NCBI RefSeq assembly: GCF_000379825.1
Contig: NZ_KB903834.1
Coordinates: forward strand, 199,976 to 231,975
Direction: 5' to 3'
Origin: Longispora albida DSM 44784
Lineage (GTDB): Bacteria > Actinomycetota > Actinomycetes > Mycobacteriales > Micromonosporaceae
Length of the DNA: 32,000 nt
This document shows, piece after piece, positions 8,897-16,296 of the stretch (position 1 is its first letter; every line of letters begins with the position of its first letter). Under the pieces are notes generated by a model, which worked only from the letters and a program-made list of their open reading frames with translations, ran no database searches and had not been told where the DNA came from. The position numbers were made by a program, and so were the translations under genes.

Positions 8897-9645
8897 CAGA
8901 TCCGGCCGGCCGCCTGGATCCGGTGCACTGCCTCGGCCACGTCGTCGGTGAGGTGGACCAGGTCGAGGTCGAGCGGCCCGATCATGCCGTCGGCGAGCAT
9001 GCTGGTCCGCAGCCAGCCGAGCAGGCCCGACCAGTAGTCGACGCCGAGCAGGACCACGGGGAACTCGGTGACCTTGCCGGTCTGCACGAGGGTCAGCGCC
9101 TCGAACAGCTCGTCCATCGTCCCGAAGCCGCCGGGCAGGACGCAGAAGGCCTGCGCGTACTTGATGAACATGGTCTTGCGGGCGAAGAAGTAGCGGAAGT
9201 CGATCCCGATGTCGCACCACTCGTTGAGGCCCTGCTCGAACGGCAGCTCTATCCCCAGCCCGACCGACAGGCCACCAGCCTCCTGGCAGCCCTTGTTGGC
9301 GGCTTCCATGACGCCCGGCCCGCCACCCGTGATCACGGCATAGCCGGCCTGGGCGAGCGCGGCACCCAATTCCTCGGCCAGCAGGCACTCGGGGCTGTCG
9401 GGCTTGCTGCGCGCCGAGCCGAACACGCTGACCGCCGGCGGCAGCTCGGACAGGGTGTCGAAGCCCTCGACGAACTCCGCCTGGATCCGCAGCGAGCGCC
9501 ACGCGTCGCCGATCCGCCAGTCCTGGCGGCCCTTCGAGTCGAGCAGCCGCTGGTCGGCGGTGACGAGCTGGCTGGCGGCACCCCTGCGCAGTGTGACCGG
9601 GCCTCGGTGCCGCTCGGGTCCTCTCTTTTCCGTCATGTCAGCCAT
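8896..9645 (-). CDS. LOG family protein (TIGR00730, long type-II-like, 249 aa)
   Basis: VSVFGSAR..., ITGGGPGVMEAANKG and PGGFGTMDELFE are LOG / cytokinin riboside 5'-monophosphate phosphoribohydrolase family motifs. Confidence 0.85.
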   Translation of the reverse strand: MADMTEKRGPERHRGPVTLRRGAASQLVTADQRLLDSKGRQDWRIGDAWRSLRIQAEFVEGFDTLSELPPAVSVFGSARSKPDSPECLLAEELGAALAQAGYAVITGGGPGVMEAANKGCQEAGGLSVGLGIELPFEQGLNEWCDIGIDFRYFFARKTMFIKYAQAFCVLPGGFGTMDELFEALTLVQTGKVTEFPVVLLGVDYWSGLLGWLRTSMLADGMIGPLDLDLVHLTDDVAEAVHRIQAAGRI

Positions 9646-9647
9646 TG

Positions 9648-10715
9648 TCAGCCATTGACCCCGGCGAGCCAGTCACGCAGCACCGCAGCCCCGTCGATGA
9701 TCTTCTGGATCTCCACGTGCTCGTCCTGCTTGTGGGCCAGATTGGGGTCGCCGGGGCCGAAGTTGACGGCCGGGACGCCGAGCGCAGAGAAGCGGGCGAC
9801 GTCCGTCCAGCCGAGCTTGGCGCGCGGCTCGGCACCGGCCAGAGCCAGGAAGTCCTTCACCGCTGGCTGTTCGAGGCCGGGCAGCGCACCGGGCGCCGAG
9901 TCGGAGAGTTCAACGTCAAACCCGTCAAAAACCTCTTTCACGTGTACCAGCGCCTCGGCCTCGCTCCTGTCCGGCGCGAACCGGTAGTTGACCGTCACCT
10001 CGCACCGGTCCGGGATCACGTTGCCCGCGACCCCGCCATTGATCAGCACGGCGTTGAGCCCCTCGCGGTACTCGCAGCCGTCGATGAGGACCGTGCGGGC
10101 CTCGTAGGCGTCGAGCCGGCGGAGCAGCTCGCCCATCGCGTGGATCGCGTTGACGCCGAGCCAGGAGCGGGCCGAGTGCGCGCGTTTGCCGTGCGTGGTG
10201 ACGCGGACCCGCATCGTGCCCTGGCACCCGGCCTCGACCACGCCGTACGTCGGCTCCAGCAGGACGGCGAAGTCGCCGGCCAGCCACTCCGGGTTCTCCT
10301 GGGCGATCCGGTTGAGCCCGTTGCGCTCGGCTTCGACTTCCTCGCAGTCGTAGAAGAAGTACGTGACGTCGTGGACGGGCTCGGTGAGCGTCGCGGCGAG
10401 GTGCAGTGCGATGGCTGTGCCGGACTTCATGTCGGACGTGCCGCAGCCGTGCATGACGCCGTCCTCGGTACGCGACGGCCAGTTGTCGTGGTGCGGCACC
10501 GTGTCGAGGTGGCCGGCCAGCACGACGCGGCTCGCCCTGCCCAGATTCGTCCGGGCCATCACGGAATTACCGGAGCGGGCGACGCTCAGATGCGGAAGGT
10601 TTAGCGCGGCCTCGACCTGCCCGGCGATATTTTCCTCATCGCCGGAGACCGACGAGATATCGACCAGGGCCCGGGTCAGCGCGACAGGGTCTGCGAGCTC
10701 ATCCGTTGTCAGCAC
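9648..10715 (-). CDS. dapE: succinyl-diaminopimelate desuccinylase
   Basis: 355 aa M20 peptidase: [34 protein letters not shown]. It is divergent from dapD. GTG start at 10715. Confidence 0.85.
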   Translation of the reverse strand: MLTTDELADPVALTRALVDISSVSGDEENIAGQVEAALNLPHLSVARSGNSVMARTNLGRASRVVLAGHLDTVPHHDNWPSRTEDGVMHGCGTSDMKSGTAIALHLAATLTEPVHDVTYFFYDCEEVEAERNGLNRIAQENPEWLAGDFAVLLEPTYGVVEAGCQGTMRVRVTTHGKRAHSARSWLGVNAIHAMGELLRRLDAYEARTVLIDGCEYREGLNAVLINGGVAGNVIPDRCEVTVNYRFAPDRSEAEALVHVKEVFDGFDVELSDSAPGALPGLEQPAVKDFLALAGAEPRAKLGWTDVARFSALGVPAVNFGPGDPNLAHKQDEHVEIQKIIDGAAVLRDWLAGVNG

Positions 10716-10734
10716 CCCCGTAGACTAGCCCGTC
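10716..10734. promoter_or_regulatory. 19-bp dapE/dapD divergent intergenic region with overlapping -10-like boxes (TAGACTA core)
   Basis: Plus strand: TAGACT (10721-10726), 8 nt, then GTG of dapD at 10735. Minus strand: TAGTCT (10727-10722), 6 nt, then GTG of dapE at 10715. Neither gene has an SD. Confidence 0.45.
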
Positions 10735-11643
10735 GTGAGCAGCGAATTTCTCGACGAGACGGCATGGGGCTCAGGCCTCGCGACCGTGACAGCCGACGGC
10801 ACCGTCCTGGAAGTCTGGTACCCGGAGCTCGGCCTCGGCGAGGCCCGCGACGTGACCCTCCCGGCGGGCGAGCGCCCGCTCGGCATGCGGCGCGTACCGG
10901 TCACGACCAGCATCAGCCTGGCCGAGCCCCCGAAGGACACCGCCGACGCGTACCTGCGCCTGCACCTCATCTCCCACCGGATCATCCGGCCGCACCAGGC
11001 CAACCTGGACGGGATCTTCGGCATCCTCCCGAACATCGCGTGGACCTCGGCCGGCCCGGTGCTGCCCGAGCAGGTCAACGAGCTGCGGCTGACCGTGCCG
11101 CACCTGACGGTGTTCTCTGTGGACAAGTTCCCGCGCATGGTCGACTACGTCGTGCCGTCCGGTGTCCGGATCGCCGACGCCGACCGGGTGCGGCTGGGCG
11201 CGCACCTGGCGCCCGGCACGACGGTCATGCACGAGGGCTTCATCAACTTCAACGCCGGCACGCTCGGCGCCTCGATGGTCGAGGGCCGGATCGTGGCCGG
11301 GGTGGTCGTCGGGGACGGCTCGGACATCGGGGCCGGCGCCTCGATCATGGGTACGCTCTCCGGCGGCGGCAAGCAGGTCGTCTCGATCGGCGAACGCTGC
11401 CTGCTCGGGGCCAACGCCGGCATCGGCATCTCGCTGGGTGACGACTGCGTCGTGGAGGCCGGGCTGTACGTCACGGCGGGTACGAAGGTCACCCTGCCCG
11501 ACGGCCGGATCGTCAAGGCGCTGGAGCTGTCCGGTTCCTCCGGCATCCTCTACATCCGCAACTCGGTGACGGGCACGGTGGAAGCGCGGGCCCGCAAGGG
11601 TACGGGCATCACGCTGAACGCCGCGCTGCACGCCAACGACTAG
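10735..11643 (+). CDS. dapD: 2,3,4,5-tetrahydropyridine-2,6-dicarboxylate N-succinyltransferase (actinobacterial type)
   Basis: 302 aa. It has a C-terminal left-handed beta-helix hexapeptide region ([46 protein letters not shown]...). It sits in dapE-divergent synteny. Stop TAG at 11641-11643. Confidence 0.85.
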   Translation: MSSEFLDETAWGSGLATVTADGTVLEVWYPELGLGEARDVTLPAGERPLGMRRVPVTTSISLAEPPKDTADAYLRLHLISHRIIRPHQANLDGIFGILPNIAWTSAGPVLPEQVNELRLTVPHLTVFSVDKFPRMVDYVVPSGVRIADADRVRLGAHLAPGTTVMHEGFINFNAGTLGASMVEGRIVAGVVVGDGSDIGAGASIMGTLSGGGKQVVSIGERCLLGANAGIGISLGDDCVVEAGLYVTAGTKVTLPDGRIVKALELSGSSGILYIRNSVTGTVEARARKGTGITLNAALHAND

Positions 11644-11807
11644 GGTCTGTCCGGTAGATCTTGTCGGTGCGAGGCGAGTCTCAGGAGTCGGCTGACAAGC
11701 CGTTTTCCTCCCGGAATACCGGTGTTGTATTCCGGGAGGAAAACGGCGCAGGCAGGCGGCTTCTGAGGCCGCCGCAGCCCGGCAAAGATCTACCGGACAG
11801 ACCCTAG
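11640..11807. mobile_element. 168-bp non-coding MITE-like element with perfect 23-bp terminal inverted repeats and an internal 20-bp perfect hairpin
   Basis: TIRs are CTAGGGTCTGTCCGGTAGATCTT (11640-11662) and AAGATCTACCGGACAGACCCTAG (11785-11807). The inner stem 11699-11718 pairs with 11728-11747 around the loop CCGGTGTTG. There is no ORF. The left CTAG contains the dapD stop codon. Confidence 0.6.
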
Positions 11808-11823
11808 TTCTCCCGCTCCTCCA

Positions 11824-11870
11824 CTGTGGCTGGTACCGATCCGGTACCGGCCACAGGTCTTTTCTCCCTT
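11824..11870 (+). terminator. intrinsic terminator (presumably the original dapD terminator)
   Basis: CTGTGGCTGGTACCG (11824-11838), loop ATC, then CGGTACCGGCCACAG (11842-11856). That gives 15 bp with one U-G pair, followed by GTCTTTTCTCCCTT. Confidence 0.7.
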
Positions 11871-11932
11871 GATGAACCAGGGAGATCCTGATTGGCTCAC
11901 CGGGCGACTCGACCGCAGGGGGACACAAACGG

Positions 11933-14854
11933 ATGACGGTGGAACTGCGGATACTCGGACCGGTTCAGTTACTGGTGGACGGCACGGCCGTGACGATCGG
12001 CCCGCCGCGCCGCGTGGCCGTCCTGGCCGCACTGCTCGCGGAGCACGGCAGGCTGGTACAGCAGGACACGCTGACCCAGCGGGTCTGGGGCGACGAGGCC
12101 CCGGACTCCGTACGCTCGACCCTCCACGCGCACCTGAGCCGCATCCGGGCCCTGCTCGACGGCACGGGCGTGCAGATCCGGCGCGAGGGCTCCGGCTACC
12201 TGGCTAGCGTGCCGGACGGCGTGCTCGACCTCCAGGTCTTCCGCTCGATGGTCGCCGAGGCCCGCGCTCTGCCCGCCGAGCGTCTCGCCGAACGGGCTGC
12301 CCTGCTCGCGGCGGCGCTCGGGCAGTGGCGGGGCAGGCCGCTCTCCGGGCTGACCGGGCCGGCCACCGGCTGGGCCGAGCGCACCGCCGAGACCCTCGAC
12401 CGCCAGCGCCTGACCGTGATCGCGGAGTGGGCCGACGCCGAACTCCAGCTCGACCGGCCGGGTTCCGTGCTCGACGCGCTGGCCACGCTCACCGCGGAGT
12501 ACCCGCTGGCCGAGCAGCTCACCGGCCGCCTGATGCTCGCCCTGGCCCGTTCCGGCAGGCGCGCCGAGGCGCTGGACGTCTACGCCCGCGCCCGGGAACA
12601 CCTCGCGGCCGAGCTCGGCGAGAACCCGGGTCCGTACCTGCGTGACCTGCACACCCGGATGCTGCGCGGCGAGGAGAACACCCCAGGCGACGAGCCAGCC
12701 GCCGCCGAGCCCGCACCGGGGCCGGCCCCGGTCTGCCAGCTCCCGGCCGGGGTGGCCGACCACACGGGCCGGCTGGCCGAGACCGGGTCAGCCATCGAGG
12801 CGCTGAGCCGGGCGGACGGCCGGGCTGGCGCGCTGGTGACGATCTCCGGCATGGGCGGCACCGGCAAGACCTCCCTCGCCGTGCACATCGCCCACCAGGT
12901 CCGGGACCAGTACCCGGGCGGGCAGCTCTTCGCCCACTTGCGCGGCCTCGACGAGCACCCGGCCCAGCCAGCCGACGTGCTCGCCGAGTTCCTGCGGGCG
13001 CTGGGCGTGGCCGGTCACGCCATCCCGGACCGGCTCGACGACCGGGCAGCCGCGTACCGCTCGCTGCTGAGCAGCCGCCGGGTCCTGGTCGTGCTGGACG
13101 ACGCCACCGACGAGCGGCAGGTCAGGCACCTGCTCCCCGGCGCGGGCCACTCCGCGGTACTCGTGACCAGCCGCTCACCGCTGTCCACTCTGGACGGCGC
13201 GCTGCGGCTGAGGATCGGCGAGCTGCCCGAGCCTGAAGCGCTCGACCTGCTCCGCCGGGCCAGCACCCCGGGCCAGGTCGACGCCGACCCGGCGGCAGCG
13301 AGGCACCTGGCCGAGCTGTGCGCCCGCATGCCGCTGGCCCTGCGCGTCGCCGGAGCCCGGCTCGCCCACCGGCCACACTGGACGGCCGCCGAGCTGGTCG
13401 AGGCGCTGGCCGACGAGCGGGACCGGCTCGACGCCCTCGACCAGGGCGACCTCGGCGTCCGGACCAGCCTGGCGCTGAGCTTCCACGCCCTGCCGGGACC
13501 CGCCGCCGGGCTGCTGCTGCGGCTGGCCACCCTGCCCAGTACCGACTTCCCCGGCTGGGCCGCCGCCGCGCTGCTCGACCAGCGCCCGGCCCCGGCCCGC
13601 GAGACGCTGGAGCTGCTGGTGGACGCGCAGCTCGTGCAGCTGCGCGGGCGCGACGACCTCGGCCAGGTCCGGTACCAGCTGCACGACCTGGTCCGGCTCT
13701 TCGCCCGCGAGGAGTCCGAGCGGGCACTGCCGGTCGTGGAGCGCGCCGAGTGCCGCGAGCGGTACTTCGACGGCTGGCTGGCGCTCGCCGAGGAAGCCGA
13801 GCGGCGGGCCCCGCACGGGTACCTGGGCCCGAGCCCGCTGCGCCCCGACCGGTGGCCGTGGCTGGCGGAGCTGCGCGGGCGGCTGATCGCCGATCCGTAC
13901 CGCTGGCTGGAGGCCGAGATGCCGGTCCTCACGGCGGTGGTGGAGGCGGCGGCCGAGCACGGGTACGTGCAGCACGCCTGGCGGATCGCCCGCTCGGCCG
14001 TCGGGTTCTTCGAGGTCCGTGGCCGGTACGCGGACTGGAGGCGCACGCACGAGGCAGCGCTGAGGGCGGCACGGGAGGTTGGGGACCGGCAGGGTACGGC
14101 GGCGATGCTGCACGGGCTCGGTGAGCTGACGGCCGTGCTCGACGACTACGACACGGCCCCGCGCTGCCTCACCGAGGCCCGGGATCTCTTCACGACGCTC
14201 GGCGACCCGCAGGGCGCTGTGCTGTCGGAGTGCGCGCTGGGCGTCGTGGACCGCATCCTCGGCCGCCGCGAGGAGTCGGTGGCCCGGCTCCGGTCGGCAG
14301 CCGCCGAGGCCGGGGCGCACAAGGAGTCACGGGCCGAGGCCTACGCCAGGTACCTGATCGGCATGACGCTGCTCGACGGCGGCGACTACCCGGCGGCCGA
14401 GGCCGAGTTCGCCCGTTCGCAGGCCCTCGCGCACAGCTGCCGTTTCATCCGTGGCGAGCAGCAGGCGCTGCGCGGGCTGGCCGTCGTGAGCCTGCGGACC
14501 GGCAACCTCGCCTCGGCGCGCGGCCGGGCCTCCGACGCGCTGGTGATGAGCCAGCGGATCGGGGACGAGCTGGAGACCGCGTACACGATCAACGTCCTGG
14601 GTGACTCGGCGCGCCAGCTGGGCGAACTCGCCCAGGCCGAGAAGCTGCTGACCTCCTCGCTGGCCATGTTCCGCAGGTGCGGCGAGAAGTACGGCGAGGC
14701 AGCGACCCTGCACCTGCTCGGCGAGGTCTACCTCGACGGTGGCCAGCCGGAGCCGGCCCGCAGCCACCTGGAGGCCGCCCGCGTCCTCTGGGACCTGCTC
14801 GACGCTCCAGCCGGCCAGGAACGCACAGCCCGCGCCCTCAACCGGCTCAGCTGA
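11933..14854 (+). CDS. AfsR/SARP-family transcriptional regulator with BTAD, NB-ARC (STAND) ATPase and TPR domains
   Basis: 973 aa. The N-terminus has a winged-helix/SARP and BTAD region (ELRILGPVQLLVDG..., DLQVFRSMVAEA..., PLAEQLTGRLMLALARSGRRAEALDVYARAREHLAAELGENPGPYLRDLH). P-loop ISGMGGTGKTSLA, Walker B RVLVVLDDA, then VLVTSR. The C-terminus has TPR-like repeats. Codon 13 is TTA. Confidence 0.9.
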   Translation: MTVELRILGPVQLLVDGTAVTIGPPRRVAVLAALLAEHGRLVQQDTLTQRVWGDEAPDSVRSTLHAHLSRIRALLDGTGVQIRREGSGYLASVPDGVLDLQVFRSMVAEARALPAERLAERAALLAAALGQWRGRPLSGLTGPATGWAERTAETLDRQRLTVIAEWADAELQLDRPGSVLDALATLTAEYPLAEQLTGRLMLALARSGRRAEALDVYARAREHLAAELGENPGPYLRDLHTRMLRGEENTPGDEPAAAEPAPGPAPVCQLPAGVADHTGRLAETGSAIEALSRADGRAGALVTISGMGGTGKTSLAVHIAHQVRDQYPGGQLFAHLRGLDEHPAQPADVLAEFLRALGVAGHAIPDRLDDRAAAYRSLLSSRRVLVVLDDATDERQVRHLLPGAGHSAVLVTSRSPLSTLDGALRLRIGELPEPEALDLLRRASTPGQVDADPAAARHLAELCARMPLALRVAGARLAHRPHWTAAELVEALADERDRLDALDQGDLGVRTSLALSFHALPGPAAGLLLRLATLPSTDFPGWAAAALLDQRPAPARETLELLVDAQLVQLRGRDDLGQVRYQLHDLVRLFAREESERALPVVERAECRERYFDGWLALAEEAERRAPHGYLGPSPLRPDRWPWLAELRGRLIADPYRWLEAEMPVLTAVVEAAAEHGYVQHAWRIARSAVGFFEVRGRYADWRRTHEAALRAAREVGDRQGTAAMLHGLGELTAVLDDYDTAPRCLTEARDLFTTLGDPQGAVLSECALGVVDRILGRREESVARLRSAAAEAGAHKESRAEAYARYLIGMTLLDGGDYPAAEAEFARSQALAHSCRFIRGEQQALRGLAVVSLRTGNLASARGRASDALVMSQRIGDELETAYTINVLGDSARQLGELAQAEKLLTSSLAMFRRCGEKYGEAATLHLLGEVYLDGGQPEPARSHLEAARVLWDLLDAPAGQERTARALNRLS

Positions 14855-14907
14855 CCCCCGTCTCGTTTGCGCGCTGGCACGTTGCCACGGACCCGGGTGC
14901 GCCTCGG

Positions 14908-14913
14908 TAGGCT
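14908..14913 (+). promoter_or_regulatory. putative -10 box TAGGCT, 6 nt upstream of the ATPase ATG (leaderless-type)
   Basis: TAGGCT-ggcctc-ATG (ATG at 14920). There is no SD in the 65-nt gap after the SARP stop. Confidence 0.35.
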
Positions 14914-14919
14914 GGCCTC

Positions 14920-16296
14920 ATGCTGACCAGGTTGGAAGTCCAGGGTTTCAAGAACCTGCTGGACGTCCGGGTGGACTTCGGCCCGTTCACCTGCATCGCG
15001 GGCGCCAACGGCATCGGCAAGTCCAACCTGTTCGACGCGATCGAATTGCTGTCGTACCTGGCGGAGATGCCCCTCGCCGAAGCCGCGAAACGTGTCCGGG
15101 GATCTTCGGACCCGCGAGACCTTTTCTGGAACGGTTACCAGTCCGGTGAACACCAGATGAGCCTCGCAGCCGAGATGATTGTTCCCGGGGAGGCGTGGCT
15201 GACCGCGGGCGGCCACGAGGCCATCCCTGACTCCTACCTGCGCTACGAAGTCGTGCTCGGATTGGAGGAAGCCTCCGGCCCGGCGAGCGTTGGCAAGCTC
15301 GTCATCATGAGGGAAGATCTCCACCCGCTCTCAGCGGCTTCCCTCGTGGGGAGTCCCGTCGAGCGGCTAGCCGCAGACATAAGCAGCCAGTCTGCGGCCA
15401 GGCCGCTTCTGACCTCCCGTATGGACGACAGTCGGCTCCGGCTCGCCTATCACAGCGACCAGGGCCCGGTAATCATGAACGTGCCCAAGCATCCGAAGGG
15501 GCACCGAACCGGCCTCAGCATGATGATCTTCAGCCTGGCGCCTTCGGTCTGGCCCGCCCGGCAGGAGATGCTCGGCTGGCGGCGGCTGGCCCTCGAACCT
15601 TCGGCGCTCCGCGCGCCCGACAGCTTCGGAGACCCTCGGGTGCTGAGCACCGATGGCCGGTACCTCGCAGCCAGCCTGTATCGCATTGCGCATGAAGGAT
15701 CCAGCGACCCCGACGCCGTCTACGCCCGCGTCGCCGGACGGCTGGCGGACCTCGGCGACACTGGTGTCCGCGAGGTTTCCGTCGAACCGGACGAGATCAG
15801 GGAGGCCTTCACGCTGTTCCTCACGACGCGTGACGGCATGCGGCTACCGGCGAGGGCCTTGTCCGAAGGCACCCTGCGTTTCCTAGCCCTGTGTGTGCTT
15901 CTCGAGGACCCCGATCTCACAGGTCTGATCTGCATGGAGGAGCCGGAGAACGGCATCCACCCGGCGAATCTGCCAGCCGTGGTCAGGCTGATCCAGGATC
16001 TTGCTCTGGACCCAGCGGAACCGGTGGACGAGACCAATCCGTTCCGGCAGGTGATTGTCAACACTCACTCCCCGGGCGTGGTCCAGGTGTGCGACCCGCA
16101 GGACCTGTTGCTCGCCGAACTGCTACCTCAGCAGGCGCCGGACGGCAGCGTGACCAGCGCGCTGACATTGCTTCCGTTCAAGGACTCCTGGCGAGCGGCA
16201 TCTGGGATCACGACGTTCTCCGAAGCCGACATCGTGCCCTACCTCACTGCTCCATCTGGCACACAACTTCGCCTGCCTTCGGAGTGGAACCAGTGA
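14920..16296 (+). CDS. non-transporter ABC-type (RecF/SMC/OLD-like, AAA_15/AAA_21-type) ATPase
   Basis: 458 aa. MLTRLEVQGFKNL..., Walker A GANGIGKSN, signature-like LSEGTLRFLAL, Walker B LICMEEPENGIHP, H-loop VNTHSP. A long insert separates Walker A from the signature. There is no permease partner. It uses many A/T-ending and rare codons (TTG, CTA, ATA, AGT, TCT, AAT). Confidence 0.8.
   Translation: MLTRLEVQGFKNLLDVRVDFGPFTCIAGANGIGKSNLFDAIELLSYLAEMPLAEAAKRVRGSSDPRDLFWNGYQSGEHQMSLAAEMIVPGEAWLTAGGHEAIPDSYLRYEVVLGLEEASGPASVGKLVIMREDLHPLSAASLVGSPVERLAADISSQSAARPLLTSRMDDSRLRLAYHSDQGPVIMNVPKHPKGHRTGLSMMIFSLAPSVWPARQEMLGWRRLALEPSALRAPDSFGDPRVLSTDGRYLAASLYRIAHEGSSDPDAVYARVAGRLADLGDTGVREVSVEPDEIREAFTLFLTTRDGMRLPARALSEGTLRFLALCVLLEDPDLTGLICMEEPENGIHPANLPAVVRLIQDLALDPAEPVDETNPFRQVIVNTHSPGVVQVCDPQDLLLAELLPQQAPDGSVTSALTLLPFKDSWRAASGITTFSEADIVPYLTAPSGTQLRLPSEWNQ

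Noticed and set aside
11734-11743. Strong SD-like GGGAGGAAAA inside the MITE-like element, suggesting a hidden small ORF.
   Set aside because: I saw no ATG, GTG or TTG at a suitable distance downstream. The motif is simply one arm of the perfect inner hairpin.
11832-11849. GGTACCG heptamer repeated with 11-bp spacing upstream of the SARP gene, which at first looked like a SARP-type direct-repeat binding site.
   Set aside because: The two heptamers are the two arms of a 15-bp hairpin (11824-11856) followed by a U-tract. This is an intrinsic terminator for dapD, not a direct-repeat operator.
14855-14919. Searched the SARP-ATPase gap for SARP-type heptameric direct repeats with 11-bp periodicity or a -35 element.
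   Set aside because: I found only weak, irregular repeats (GGCACG/GCCACG 9-10 bp apart, TGCGC 30 bp apart). Nothing is convincing beyond the TAGGCT -10 candidate.
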